Shown here one piece after another: positions 51,231 to 64,000 of a stretch of 64,000 bases of DNA. Below the pieces are notes generated by a model, which was given only the letters and a program-made list of their open reading frames with translations, had not been told where the DNA came from and did no database searches. The DNA comes from Octopus bimaculoides (taxonomy: Eukaryota). The translations under genes were made by a program, and so were the position numbers. The stretch lies in contig NC_068993.1 in NCBI RefSeq assembly GCF_001194135.2, positions 14,946,457 through 15,010,456 of the forward strand, written 5' to 3'. The stretch's first letter is position 1; every line of letters starts with the position of its first letter.

Positions 51231-52731
51231 TATATNNNNNNNNNNNNNNNNNNNNNNNNNNNNNNNNNNNNNNNNNNNNNNNNNNNNNNNNNNNNNNNNN
51301 NNNNNNNNNNNNNNNNNNNNNNNNNNNNNNNNNNNNNNNNNNNNNNNNNNNNNNNNNNNNNNNNNNNNNNNNNNNNNNNNNNNNNNNNNNNNNNNNNNNN
51401 NNNNNNNNNNNNNNNNNNNNNNNNNNNNNNNNNNNNNNNNNNNNNNNNNNNNNNNNNNNNNNNNNNATATATAATCATTTATTTATACAAAGAGAGAGAG
51501 AGGTAGATAAATAGATAGATAGATAGTGAGAGAGAGAGACAGAGAGATTTATAGATAAATTAAATATACTCTCTTTCTCTCTCTCTCTCTCACAGACACA
51601 AATATATATATATACGTATATAGATAGATGTACAAACAGCCATAAATAAAGGAAAAGAATAATATTCATACAAACATAAATATATGCATACAGAAGGAAT
51701 GAGTGACAGAAACATGGATACATAGATAAATTCTACTGGATTTACTCTCATATAAAGTCATAGCGAATAATTGTAGTTTATGTTGGTATGTCATCTTAAT
51801 GTATTTCAATATTGCATCCTCGAAGTGTTTGTTTTAAACAATTTTTGCCATCAGGCATAGAAATTTGAAGCATTGAAAACTACAACATTTCCAGTTTTGC
51901 TAACGACTCACAAGAATTTATTTAAAATTATTTTTGATGCCTCCCATCACATTCCACTTTTTCTTCTTTCTTCCCTCTAACAAAATTTAGGGACATTTGA
52001 ATCCATGATTTTTTTTTTTTTTTTTACAATAAAAGAATATTTTATGTCCATTAAATTGATTCGATTTCAACAACATCGGAAGCAACGACAAAGCAACTAA
52101 ACGACTGAATGAAACATATAAAGCTTAACAAAGAACAATGAGCATATTATTCAATGCCTTCACAAAGCTTTCGAAAATTCCCCAAAGGTTATATTTTCTA
52201 TGTATATTTTATTTGATTTGCATCTATCTGTTTTCTTTCCAGCAAATTTAAAATTAAATACATACTTACACGCATGCAAGCACACATAGACACACCCAGA
52301 CAAGAACAAACACAAGAAATACATCCGTAAATATATATATATATATACAACATACATATACATATATATATGCGTGGATGTGTATATATATATATATTAC
52401 AATATGGGTAGAAAAAAAAAGAGTTGTAAAATAACCAAACAATGATATATGATAATACATAATTATGAAATGTCAACTTGACCCAGTAGCCTGAAACATT
52501 TGACATCCGGTTTGGAAGGAAATATGCCACAGTATTCGTCAAAGAATTATTGAAAGAGAGAAAGGAAAAAAAAACTGTAACAATTTGAAGTGAAATTGCC
52601 AAAGCGGTCAATAGCTGTTAAACAATACCAGAAGGAGAAAAACACGATGTATAAACGAATAAGAATTATTTCTAGATGCATTGAATGTGAGAGTAGAAGT
52701 AAGTGAGGAAAAGCAAAAACAATATGAGCTA

Positions 52732-52766
<35 letters not shown>

Positions 52767-53150
52767 NNNNNNNNNNNNNNNNNNNNNNNNNNNNNNNNNN
52801 NNNNNNNNNNNNNNNNNNNNNNNNNNNNNNNNNNNNNNNNNNNNNNNNNNNNNNNNNNNNNNNNNNNNNNNNNNNNNNNNNNNNNNNNNNNNNNNNNNNN
52901 NNNNNNNNNNNNNNNNNNNNNNNNNNNNNNNNNNNNNNNNNNNNNNNNNNNNNNNNNNNNNNNNNNNNNNNNNNNNNNNNNNNNNNNNNNNNNNNNNNNN
53001 NNNNNNNNNNNNNNNNNNNNNNNNNNNNNNNNNNNNNNNNNNNNNNNNNTTTCTATACTGTACTACGTTATATATACCTTCTTACTTCTGTCAACCCAAC
53101 GTGTCATTATCTTTATAGCTAAATTAATTAATTGAAGAATTTCAAGGGGA

Positions 53151-53230
<80 letters not shown>
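53151..53230. repeat. (AAT)n microsatellite
   Basis: Directly visible. Confidence 0.95.
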
Positions 53231-53234
<4 letters not shown>

Positions 53235-53375
53235 GTAGAAATATGATTCTAAGCTGTATTATTTATTATTTTTGATAGTATGCTGTAGATTTGCAGTCAT
53301 TTTAAATTGCTCAAGAAAACAAATTCTGTTATTCAGTTATGGTAGATTACATTCACATTTTCGACCCTCCCGATG

Positions 53376-53399
<24 letters not shown>

Positions 53400-53413
<14 letters not shown>

Positions 53414-53510
53414 CAAATTTTGACATCAGGCTAGCAAGTTCAAGGGAGAAGTTAAGTCGATTATACTGAGCCCATTAATTAACTGGTACTTATTCTATCG
53501 ACTATTCCAG
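53400..53510 (-). mobile_element. SINE family A 3' fragment
   Basis: aagtcgattatactgagccc...actggtacttattctatcgac. Confidence 0.6.
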
Positions 53511-54129
53511 TTTTTTTTTTTTAATACTGTGATATTAGAGCTAAGCTTGACCTAATCATCATACGGTAAAAATATTTCACGCTATACATATGATTTGAGG
53601 TATTATTTATAGTTATAACTCGGCTCGGGAAGGCTGCATGGATAAGAAACGCGCCTTCATAATCGCAAGGAATTTTCTCTCTTAAATGACAGAAAACATG
53701 AGAAATCAACAGTGTGCATATATTTATAAATGTAGATGATGAGCATAGTCAAAACGATTGAAGAATCACGTGATTTGGCGTCGCACCCTGTAAAATGAAA
53801 TTTAAATAACTCGTTATGGTGTAATGGCACACAACATGATTTAAAGTTATGAGGAAATATAATAAACAGTATTAAGTAAACAATTGCAGCGTGGAAGATG
53901 TTTATGAGCCATTTAAGAAACACACAAAAACTGTTAGATTCACTTCAACATTTAAATTTAATTTGCTAAAATATTTTCGTCGCTTCGAGACCGCGACTTG
54001 TTCATTGACAAAATTCCGTGCTGCACAGAACATGTCATGGTCTCACACACACACACACACCCTCCCCCTCCACACACACACATACAGTCGCGCATCTATT
54101 TATGTCTATATAAGTATTTATGTATGTTT

Positions 54130-54305
54130 GAAAATAATCAAACCAAAGTTTCATCATTTTGAGTCATTCACTCAATGAGTATTTCTGCCAAATTTGGTGA
54201 AAATCCATTCGGCCGTTTTCCAGTAATTTTCGAAACACGCAGACAAAGAGACCAAGAGGAGTGATTACAATAACCTGCTTTCGCTTACGCGCGCAAGGTT
54301 ATTAT
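54130..54305 (+). mobile_element. Helentron-associated (HINE/DINE-1-like) non-autonomous element, 3' part
   Basis: gccaaatttggtgaaaatccattcggccgttttcc core, then an acgcagacaaagagac repeat-like stretch and a terminal hairpin aataacct...aggttatt. This layout is typical of HINEs; the 5' end was not identified. Confidence 0.5.
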
Positions 54306-56620
54306 TTAACAGGGGAAATTAATCACATTGAGTCATATGTACATGGGGCTACTCAACAACAACTCGGTTGAAATGTAACAGTTTGACAAACGACAGATGA
54401 TGGTACATCTAGAACGAAGGTTGCGGTTTTAGCTCTTCCTCACATCTTGGTTGTTGTCGAAGAATATATCGGATACTGTCTGTTTGTGTGTGTGTGTCAC
54501 GAAACAGTTTAGAGTATCATAACTTAAGACGCCTCTCTTTGACTTAGTACTGGGAAGTGCTTAGTAAATTTCATTTTCACTTCACTGGTCAATACTTCCT
54601 GTAAACCTGTTGTTTGGACTAGCTAATTTCACACGCAAACATTTATTTTCTGGTGTTACTGGCTGTGGCAAAGTGGTTTCAGGCTTATTATTCGATAAAT
54701 TACTCTTCTAAATCATGCAGCTTTTGAATGTATATACCCATAACATGTAGCACTATGAACTCTTCTAAATGGTATGCACATCATGCAATCTTTCTCCATC
54801 AGCCAACGCAATGATTGGTGTTATCCATGATTACTCGTCGAAAAATTCCTTGGGAGTCGGTATGTGCTTCCGGCCATAACATCTTCCAGTATTTTTTGTA
54901 TTCATTTCTTGGTTACTTCATCCAGAGTTGCATTGATATAATCTATTGTCTTTCGACACCCTGATAAATTGTTTGTCAAGGCAAGATATTTATTAAACAT
55001 CTTTATTTCATTATGTTAAATATTCTAAATATTTTAATGATCAAGGGCTATAAACAACGTGTTATGGAAAACTTAGAATTTCCTGTCCCAAATTTGTTTA
55101 CTGTAAACTCTACGGACGTACGTTTAGCCAAGGTTATCTAAAACCATTTTTGACATTTCTGATGAACTTCGTTACATTTCGTCCGCTGTCTGACTGATGA
55201 CAGTTCGTTCCGATGACATGTTACCCCTCTCCTTTCTCTTGTTTTACTGCTTGTCTGTCCGTTTCTGACTACATCTTCATAATACCAATAGCGCTTGATT
55301 TACATGTGAATGTGTAGCCTTCGAACACACATCATGAAAAGCAAAATAATACCTGTATTAGAGATGACTGTAGAAGCCGATTATTGTAGACATATTTTCA
55401 TATCGTTCGGATAACATAAAACAACTGACATAGATACTCTTCAATTTCACATGCAGATATTTTCAGACTCCATATATTTATTTACATGTTCATCCCATAT
55501 CCAAAGAGAATGATTCAAATATACTTATGTTTGCCTTACTGCAGAACATATAAACTGCGTTTTTGTTTCAAAATTATTCTACTCAGTGAAAAATCGTTTT
55601 TTGTTTGTGACATTTGAACGCGAACGTCTTCTCAAACAAGTGTAATTGATGCAGTTGGAGTTGACGAATACTTTATTGCACGTTTTGGATGCAAGAAGCA
55701 TCTACGTTTCCCTTTGTTTATATGATGAGGAGAAGTATAATCTCTTGTTGGAAAGTGTATTCATATATTTCATTCAAAGGAGTTAATGCTGATCTAGTAG
55801 CCATAGGAGATGCCAAAAAAAAAAAGGAAGTGAGAAAGAAAGAAAATCATGCATTTCCGAAAACGTGTTTGTAACATATGGATGAGTGAATCATCGACAG
55901 TAATTCAAACGTCCTACTTTTGGATGTGCTGAAAGATGTCTCTGTTTACGTCAACTGCAGCACCCACCTATCCCTGTGTGAATTACTTCATAGTTGGTTG
56001 CAATCCAACCATAAAGCGCTATTTACTACAGTTCCAAAGTGAGGTTAATGCAACGCATTCAAAGGGTACGTCAACAGACTTTACTTTGCAACGTTGTGAC
56101 TTTTAGGCGAAGGAAATTAATTCTGCTCCTATAAATAAGTCTACAGAGCATAAAACGATTGTTACTGGAAACTGGTCATATGCAACAGCATTCCGGAAAT
56201 ACAATAGCATTATGTGCATGCAATAGAAAAGCGTTGAAAAGTCCTGCTGCTGAAGTCGGGGAAGAGTATATTGCCTTCTAAAGAAAAAGGACACCTGTTC
56301 GGGGTATATAGACGTAATAAATCAGATAAAACTCAGGTGTTTGTCTAGATATATTATAAAACACTAAGTTCTACGAATGGTAATTGGTCTTTACGTGACG
56401 GTGCTATGAATTATTAACTATGGCATGGGTCTATTATTTTTTCTAGATTAGAACATTCGTCTCTTCAATTTCTTGCCTTCGCTACAAAATGCATGGGTAT
56501 ATAACCTTGACGTTAGATCTGTTCAATCATATATTTAATACAATACACTAGCATGTATAGATAAATGTATGCATCGAGCGAAAAACAGGCAACAGTTTCA
56601 TATATACATATGTATGTTTG

Positions 56621-56693
<73 letters not shown>

Positions 56694-56996
56694 TTGTATG
56701 TGCGTGCGTGTGTATCTGAGTGTATGTCTGCGTGTATAAGGGTATGTATGTGTGTGTGTGCGTGTGAGCATGGAGAGAGGCAGAGAATGTGAGATAGGCG
56801 GATTATTATATGGTTAGATAAGGAAATAGATAGTTTCATTGATTTATCAATTCACTGAGATAAGAAACCAGTTGATAGATTATCAAACGTATAGGAACAT
56901 ATTTATAGATATATGTTTAGATGCAGTTATAGATTTATCGAGATAAGGTAGATAAAATGGAGATATATTGATCAATAGTCCCATATATAGGCGACA

Positions 56997-57091
<95 letters not shown>

Positions 57092-60000
57092 AGATAGTAA
57101 CGTTTAGAAATCCGTTGATTTATATAGGAATGAGACCTGACTTTAAAAATTTGCTCAAAATACTAATAATGATATCTATGTGTATCTTCTGTATATACGA
57201 ATGTTTGAGTAAATGTACATGCGCCTACCTTTGACCATTTAGCTTTGCAGCAAACAACAGTCAGTCGCATAGAAATAAACGCATGTCACCTATGCCATGC
57301 GTAGAGAAGGAATATAACGAAGAGCTGAAGATTATGATTTATGTATACGTGAATAGAAATTGTATAGATGGACCTCTATAACAGTTGGCATTCAGGAATT
57401 GCTTGAGTGAATCGATGAGAAAACATGGCCATGAATAGCATCGATAAGAGGATATGAAATAATATTTGGATCAAATCTAGAGTAACACATTATGTCGTTC
57501 TTCCTTTTATTGAATCCATTGTAATTTTTGTTCGTTGTTTCTCTCTCATGTGTGTTACATGTCTTTATTTCTAAAGATATTCTATAGAAGCAACGATCGA
57601 TTTTTATCATGGCAGTAACCTATGAACTGACTTGAAATTTGTTTTATATAAAATAAGAGTAAAATGAATTACCTGTATTTATATACAGACATTCAGACGC
57701 ATATGAACACAGCTACATGCATATACGGGTATATACGTTCACACACATAAATGTGTGTCACTAGCATGTTCATACATGCGTAATATATTCACACTTTCAC
57801 AGATTCACGCATGCATACAACCTACAGACGTCTGAACGTGTATAAATACCATATACTTCTGTGTTTAATCAACGGAACACCAGCAGATATGCGATACTGG
57901 TCCGATTATCACTAAGCATGTTCATAATTACACGAGAAATAAATACGCTTTTGGAAGATATAAGGAACCAGTGCCTTGCTTCGGCTTTCATCTATCGAAA
58001 TTAAACATTTTATAATCGGTTGCTTCACCACTGCTTTGTGAAATGTCTCAACACCATTATATTTCGGACGTGTCTATTAATAAGTACTCACCGTATTTTG
58101 GTGTTTCTGGGTATGACCAAAGAACGTGAAACTTGAAAAATTATGTTATATTATAGCTTGGATTTGACCCAGGCGTTTCGTATAAGATTGGTTGGATATG
58201 ATACTTGAATTCTATCAGTTGGATTTTACCTTGTATTTGGAGGTAGTCTTATTCCAAAAGATCCCTTGACAGCAACTATCTGGCCCTAGATATCTTTAAC
58301 GAAACCTACTCTCTTCTAGACGCACTTACCATAACGGTGCTCAGACACATGTCCGTAGACATCTCTGTTCTGTAGCAGAATATGGATTGGTATTTCTTTA
58401 TCTGTTGCCCCAATTAAATTCCAAGGCCCAACAAAATCTTATGGGCACTGCCTTTCCTCGTTTGACACTTCTATAACCCCACCCAATTGTTTCTCCGTTG
58501 CTAAGATAAATATTATTTCTAACATGTTCAGTTGTAGTTAGATATGTTTTGATTGTTTTAATTTTACATGGATATCTGATGAACTGAGAGCGAAAATATT
58601 TCGTCACGCTGATTCTGAAGATATTAACTGTTTTGTAACCTCCTCTGACATTATAGTAATGTAGCTTGCTATTAGAGATCCATATCATAGAATAAACTGA
58701 CCTCCAAAACATTGTTATTTTCCATTAAGATACAGAGACGTTAACCTCTGGCATTTTCAATTGAGAAAGAAAACAAAAACTGAAATATTAATTGCATTTA
58801 GCTGCGATAACAAAAAAATCATTTGAAATTACGATCAGGTTAACTAAATTGAGCTCCGTGAGCAATAGGATGACGGTAGTTGGCAATTGTTTGACCATTT
58901 TACTTCGAGAACTACATTTAAGGTAGGAAATCCATCAATCTTCTTGCTTTTGTTTTCTCATTCCCCTTCTTCCATGTCCTCGAACAGCGCCGTAAACAAT
59001 ATAGCAAGGAGAAGCCAGCTAACATATTTTACAAAAAGGTTTGAGAGAAAGAGATGACTCAATCGAGGACAATAAACACAGTATAAAAAAAAAATATCAG
59101 TAGTGCCTAAACAACAAAACTAAATTCGGATAAAGAAAAACACATTAATAACACACAACCATATAAAAACGAGTAAATTTTACCGAAATTTCATAGCAAA
59201 AAAAAAATTAAAGAAAATTTAACATATAGAAAACAAATTATAAAATAATGAAAACAAATATATAATTTAGCTTGTGAAAACAGTTTGTAAAGAAATATAA
59301 AAAAAACACATATTAAGCCAAGAGAAAGGATATAATGGAAATTAAATCCCTCAACAATGATGGAATCGGGGTCAAGCGTTTGGGTTAAAGGCCACACGCT
59401 AGTTTTCCACCATGATGAATGTTGTTCAGCAACGTTTCTTTTCACATTGAGTTAGATTTTGATAATATTTTTCTCTTCTTTTTTCCACATGTTTGATACA
59501 GAAGTTGTTAATTTTATTTCTTATACTTGCTTGTTTCTTCCACCTGAAAAAATTTCCAAGCCATCATCCAACTTGCACTAACTGTTAAATTTCATTATCA
59601 TATACTTACGAGATAATTAAATATACCATAGATAACCGGTACGTTTGGTTATTCAATAGCCATTGCATTTCGACAACTTAAATGGAGAAAATGGCGACTA
59701 AAGCGATAATAGATTCTGCACCATCTCTAATATTACTTAGTCGAATTCTATTGACGATTTACCCGTGTATGTTATATAATTGCTGTGGATAATAATTTCT
59801 TTAAATATCTCTGCTTCTACTTCTACTGCCACTTTTTCTCCCTTCGTTTCTGCTTTCTACACTCTCGTGATCAGATTAAGCTTTGGCATTTTATGTATTG
59901 ATATTTTTCTATCATGTACCTATTGTAAAAGTTATCACGTTATCATACCCTTTGCATTCTGGTTACATATATGTGTGTATGAGCGTAGACAGAAAAAGCA

Positions 60001-60654
60001 GACATACAGATAGATAAACAGACAGACAGACAGATAAATAAGCAGGCAGGCAGACAGAGAGATGAAAATAGAGAGATGATATGTGTACATCAAAATATAT
60101 ATGAGTATGTTTGGGTGTACGTGTGTGTGTGTATGTATGCATGTATGTATGTATGTGTATATATGATGTGAATTGGTACTTCTTTATATGTTTCATGATG
60201 ATTTTTTTTTATATTTGCATTAATATTAAATCCATGTAAGTAAATCCGTATAGTTACCTGACTCTTTACAACTGATGACCTAAGCATAGCTGTGTGTTTG
60301 GTATTGTCCTTTCAGCTGTGAGTAGCAGACAATGATAAAAAATACTGAGTAAGAAATTATTATTTTAAATCATGGCAAAATAATGAATGAAAATAAAAGA
60401 ATATTCAGGATCTCATAAATTTCACCACGATCTAATCTGTTCTGTATAAGATAAAGGTGTGAGCTGGGATAATCAAATGTATAGAACAAGTGTTTAAACA
60501 ATCGAAATGAGTTACCAGCATCTGACTAATACTGGTATCATTGATCAGAACTATGTCAAATTTCCTCTACGACCCTGGGAGGGCGGGATGTATTCTAAAA
60601 TACGTCCTAGAGTTTCTTTCAGACATATTTAAGTAACTCACACCACATACTTTA

Positions 60655-61225
60655 TGACGACAAGGGTTCCAGTTTATCCGATCATCGGAACCGCCTAATC
60701 GTGAAATTAACGTGCACGTGGCTGAACGCAGCCACATCAGGACAATTACCCACCTAAGACAATTACCCTCTATAGGACAATTCCCGCTGACGACAAATAT
60801 CCCCTAGGACAATTACCACTGTTGTGTGTGTTTGTGTGGGTGTGGGTGTCACGAAACAGTTTACGGTATCATAACTTAAGACACCTCTCTGACTTAGTAC
60901 TGGGAAATGCTTAGTAAATTTCATTTTCACTTCACTCCAATATATTAAGAAGTTTTAAATCATCATCTGTTGTCCTTAGGGGTGATTGTCCGGGGGAGGG
61001 GTTATAGTTCATGTTGAGTTAAATGTCCTAGACTCAAGCGCATCTCAGACAAGTTTACCCTTAACATAGTTCTCAGGGTGATTCAGTGTAACACGCAATG
61101 TAACAAGTTTGGCCCTATGAAATACAGTTAATACTCATTTTTGACAACTGAGTGAATCGAAGTAACATGAAATAAAATGTTTTGCTTCAGGACACTACGA
61201 TTCTAATAGCCTAACCATTAAGCCT
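60655..61225 (-). mobile_element. tRNA-derived SINE (same family as 20505-20790) split by a MITE
   Basis: 60655-60736 and 61033-61225 are contiguous parts of the reverse complement of the 20505-20790 element. Confidence 0.75.
60737..61032. mobile_element. MITE with subterminal GGACAATTACC repeats
   Basis: Ends tc-aggacaatt ... aaatgtcctaga. Five (g/a)gacaa(tt)acc-like units at about 17-bp spacing on the left; three inverted ttgtcc/atgtcc units on the right. No clear TSD. Confidence 0.7.
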
Positions 61226-62130
61226 CCCGTCCTTACACACTGCAACATCAGATCTACCTGACCATACCAACCGATATAGGTGACAAGATTATTACATAAA
61301 AACAAGAAGTTTGTTGAATCAAATGTTGTCACTATGAACGAGATAGCTCGTCACCCTCAACGTTTAATGTAATAAAGTGAAACTTTCCTCTCACAGTTAG
61401 CGGCAGTAAACGTTTATTCTCTTGAAAAGGATATAGTAGTTCTCATTCCCTGCAGCTCCTCATAATTTCTTCCACTGGCACCGACATCTTCCTCCTCACA
61501 ATTTCTTGCACCGACATCGTGGCTCTAGAGTTACGAGTGACTACACTGAATGTGAAATATACTGTACTATGAAAGCTATAGAATGAAAACCAATGTATTC
61601 AGCAGTAAAGAAGGCTAGTATGTACATATCACGCGTAAATTGTTAAACTTCGCCTGACACAAATTCAGACTTAATAAAATCAATCGAAGTCAGGTTAGAA
61701 AAGTACTTAATACAAAACAAATATCGGCCGATTAGTATAATACAGTAACATCGTAAAACAAAACGCAATAAACTTTCCTCTATACAAAACGGTACAAAAA
61801 ATTACGAAGCTCGAAACTAATTAGTATGAGAAAAAAAAAGATGTAGATAAAGATACAAATGAAAAGATTAATGAAAAGATTAGAGACAAAAACAGTAATT
61901 GAAATGATACGAAACAAAAATGTGAAGTGAGGAAGAAGAATCGCCATGGTCATTGTACTGAAAACGGAGCAAAATGGCTGCCAGTCAATGCGAAAGATGT
62001 CGTCGGGAATGTTAGATGAACACCAAGCAATGTTATATTATCTATCTAAAATCTATATCTATATCTATATCTATACCTATCTCGCTGTTATCTCCCCCTC
62101 TCTCTCTCTCACTCTCTCCCCCTCTTACTG

Positions 62131-62165
<35 letters not shown>

Positions 62166-62412
62166 TGGAGTCGCATGCTTATTTTGATTTTAATCACCTC
62201 ACTTTTAAATCGTATGGATAATACCATACTAAATTCTGGTGACTCAACTTAAGTACCATATTCAACTGAATGTAAACTTTTGCTATATATATACATATAT
62301 CGCATTCGGATTACAAACATAGAGTAAAATATATTATTTTATTGAAGGTGAATAACTTGACAAACGGCATTTCTGCTTGTGAAGCTTTACTGCTTCAATA
62401 AAACTGTACATA

Positions 62413-62419
62413 TAGCAGT

Positions 62420-62509
<90 letters not shown>
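62413..62509. repeat. (CAG)/(TAG)n microsatellite
   Basis: Directly visible. Confidence 0.95.
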
Positions 62510-62510
<1 letters not shown>

Positions 62511-62519
62511 TTGAGTTGG

Positions 62520-62830
62520 AGAGTAGGAATTAGAGATGGCACTTGCTCTTGGTGTTCAGGGAAATCTCGGATATTGGGGTACCTCGATTATCCCTAGAGA
62601 TCAGCTTGAATCAAAAGGGCTACATCTCTATCACCCCCACCCGCTTTTTCCCTTAAATATTGGTGTACTAGGTACATTTCCCTCCCCTCTTCTTGTATAC
62701 CGTGTATACTTACATTTCTTTTGTTACTTATTCAATTATGTTGTCATTTCATTATATGTAAAAACCTCATACTTTACGTCTGTCTTTGTAGTGACCCTCT
62801 CATCCTTCGCCCTTGTGGCAAATAAATGAA
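62520..62830 (+). mobile_element. Probable LINE 3' end/UTR with a tail resembling SINE family A
   Basis: Ends tcgcccttgtggcaaataaatgaag versus family-A tagccccttgtgggcaataaaaaaa (24399-24425), preceded by a pyrimidine-rich UTR-like tract. Confidence 0.4.
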
Positions 62831-63057
62831 GTGATTATAACTATTATTAGTATATTCTTAATACTATGATATTTGTTAGTCTCAATTCGAAAAGGTGTTA
62901 TAAGGCACGCACGTCACAGAAATTCATACATGCCTCACCAAATTTTAGACCTCGTTTAAATATATGTATTTCTCTTTTAATCTTATGCTCTCACTCGCAC
63001 TCAATCTCTCTATTTATTTGTCTATATCTATCTCTCCTTCTCTCTCTCCCTCCCTCT

Positions 63058-63103
<46 letters not shown>

Positions 63104-63352
63104 CTTCCTTCAAGAATCAGCACGCATCCGTTCTTTATCGATAACGGATGCTAAATCAATCTACAATATAACGAGTTTGAATACATTTCTTCTAATTCTT
63201 AATGAAATAAATTTGCCAAAGAACAACAGGTGTGATATTGTGAAAGGCACTGATACCATTATAATAAGTAAAAAAAAAAACACACATAACAAATATAATG
63301 AATCTATTGGTTATGTTAAGAAAATCGATATAAATTGGAAAGTATTATGTGA

Positions 63353-63389
<37 letters not shown>

Positions 63390-63591
63390 AAGAGAAAGAG
63401 AGAAAGAGAGAGAGATAAAGAGAGAGAGAGAAATAGAGAGAGCGAGGGAGATTATAATTTTTGTGTAATTCTCTCGTTTTACCTTACATTTTTCCTTCCC
63501 TCTATGCGTTTGCATGTATATTCTCTGGCAAGTACACATGTACCAAGATATGGGCATGAAAATATAATACACATATTAATGAATACACACT

Positions 63592-63628
<37 letters not shown>

Positions 63629-63638
63629 AAACACACAA

Positions 63639-63686
<48 letters not shown>

Positions 63687-63967
63687 GTATGCATGTATGA
63701 ATGCATGTATGTATGTACATATATAATTCAGTAAAATTGATAAATTCATAAACAGATTAATATTGAGATCGATATCCTTTGGATCATAAAAGCCACTCGC
63801 ACCATTAAATGACAGTGTGAAAACATATAATTACTACCGTTCTTATTTATAGTGAATGTGCGACTAGAAAAGCTTTTCGTTCTTAAATTAAAATTTGGTT
63901 ACATCTTAGTAAGCATGCATTAAATATCCAACGTTAACAATAGTCTTTACAATGAGCGATATGTGTT

Positions 63968-64000
<33 letters not shown>

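Noticed and set aside
58571-58606. CTGATGA..GAAAATATTTC hammerhead-like string
   Set aside because: The core is canonical, but stems I and II have only about 2 pairs each; decayed or chance.
60740-60820. Short regularly spaced repeats resembling a CRISPR array
   Set aside because: Units of about 11 bp with 6-7 bp spacers in a eukaryotic MITE end; no cas genes.

Overview
This is AT-rich eukaryotic non-coding DNA from a gapped draft assembly: 15 N-runs totalling roughly 5.5 kb, most bordered by (TA)n/(CA)n microsatellites. The repeat make-up (several tRNA-derived SINE families, dense microsatellites, RTE and Penelope-like debris) suggests a coleoid cephalopod such as an octopus; that is inference, not proof. 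I could not recognise any intact host protein-coding gene, tRNA or rRNA. Most long ORFs in the supplied track come from N-runs, microsatellites or SINEs. Recognisable coding remnants are two Penelope-like (PLE) reverse-transcriptase fragments (240-475, 29425-30022), an RTE-type LINE 3' end with C2H2 zinc fingers (37930-38570), a Ty3/Gypsy integrase tail with PPT and LTR (40432-41505) and an internally deleted Tc1 transposase (48368-48870). The most interesting signal is RNA-level. There is a near-canonical minimal type I hammerhead ribozyme inside a 563-bp terminally repeated unit (27343-27404). There are also four co-oriented copies of a short repeat whose hammerhead-shaped motif always has U instead of the conserved A6, and a third motif class with G at that position. 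Several fold-back hairpins (46 bp perfect, 74 bp, 16 bp), a SINE dimer with a single 17-bp TSD, and a MITE sharing a segment with DNA 6 kb away are also present. All activity claims are untested.
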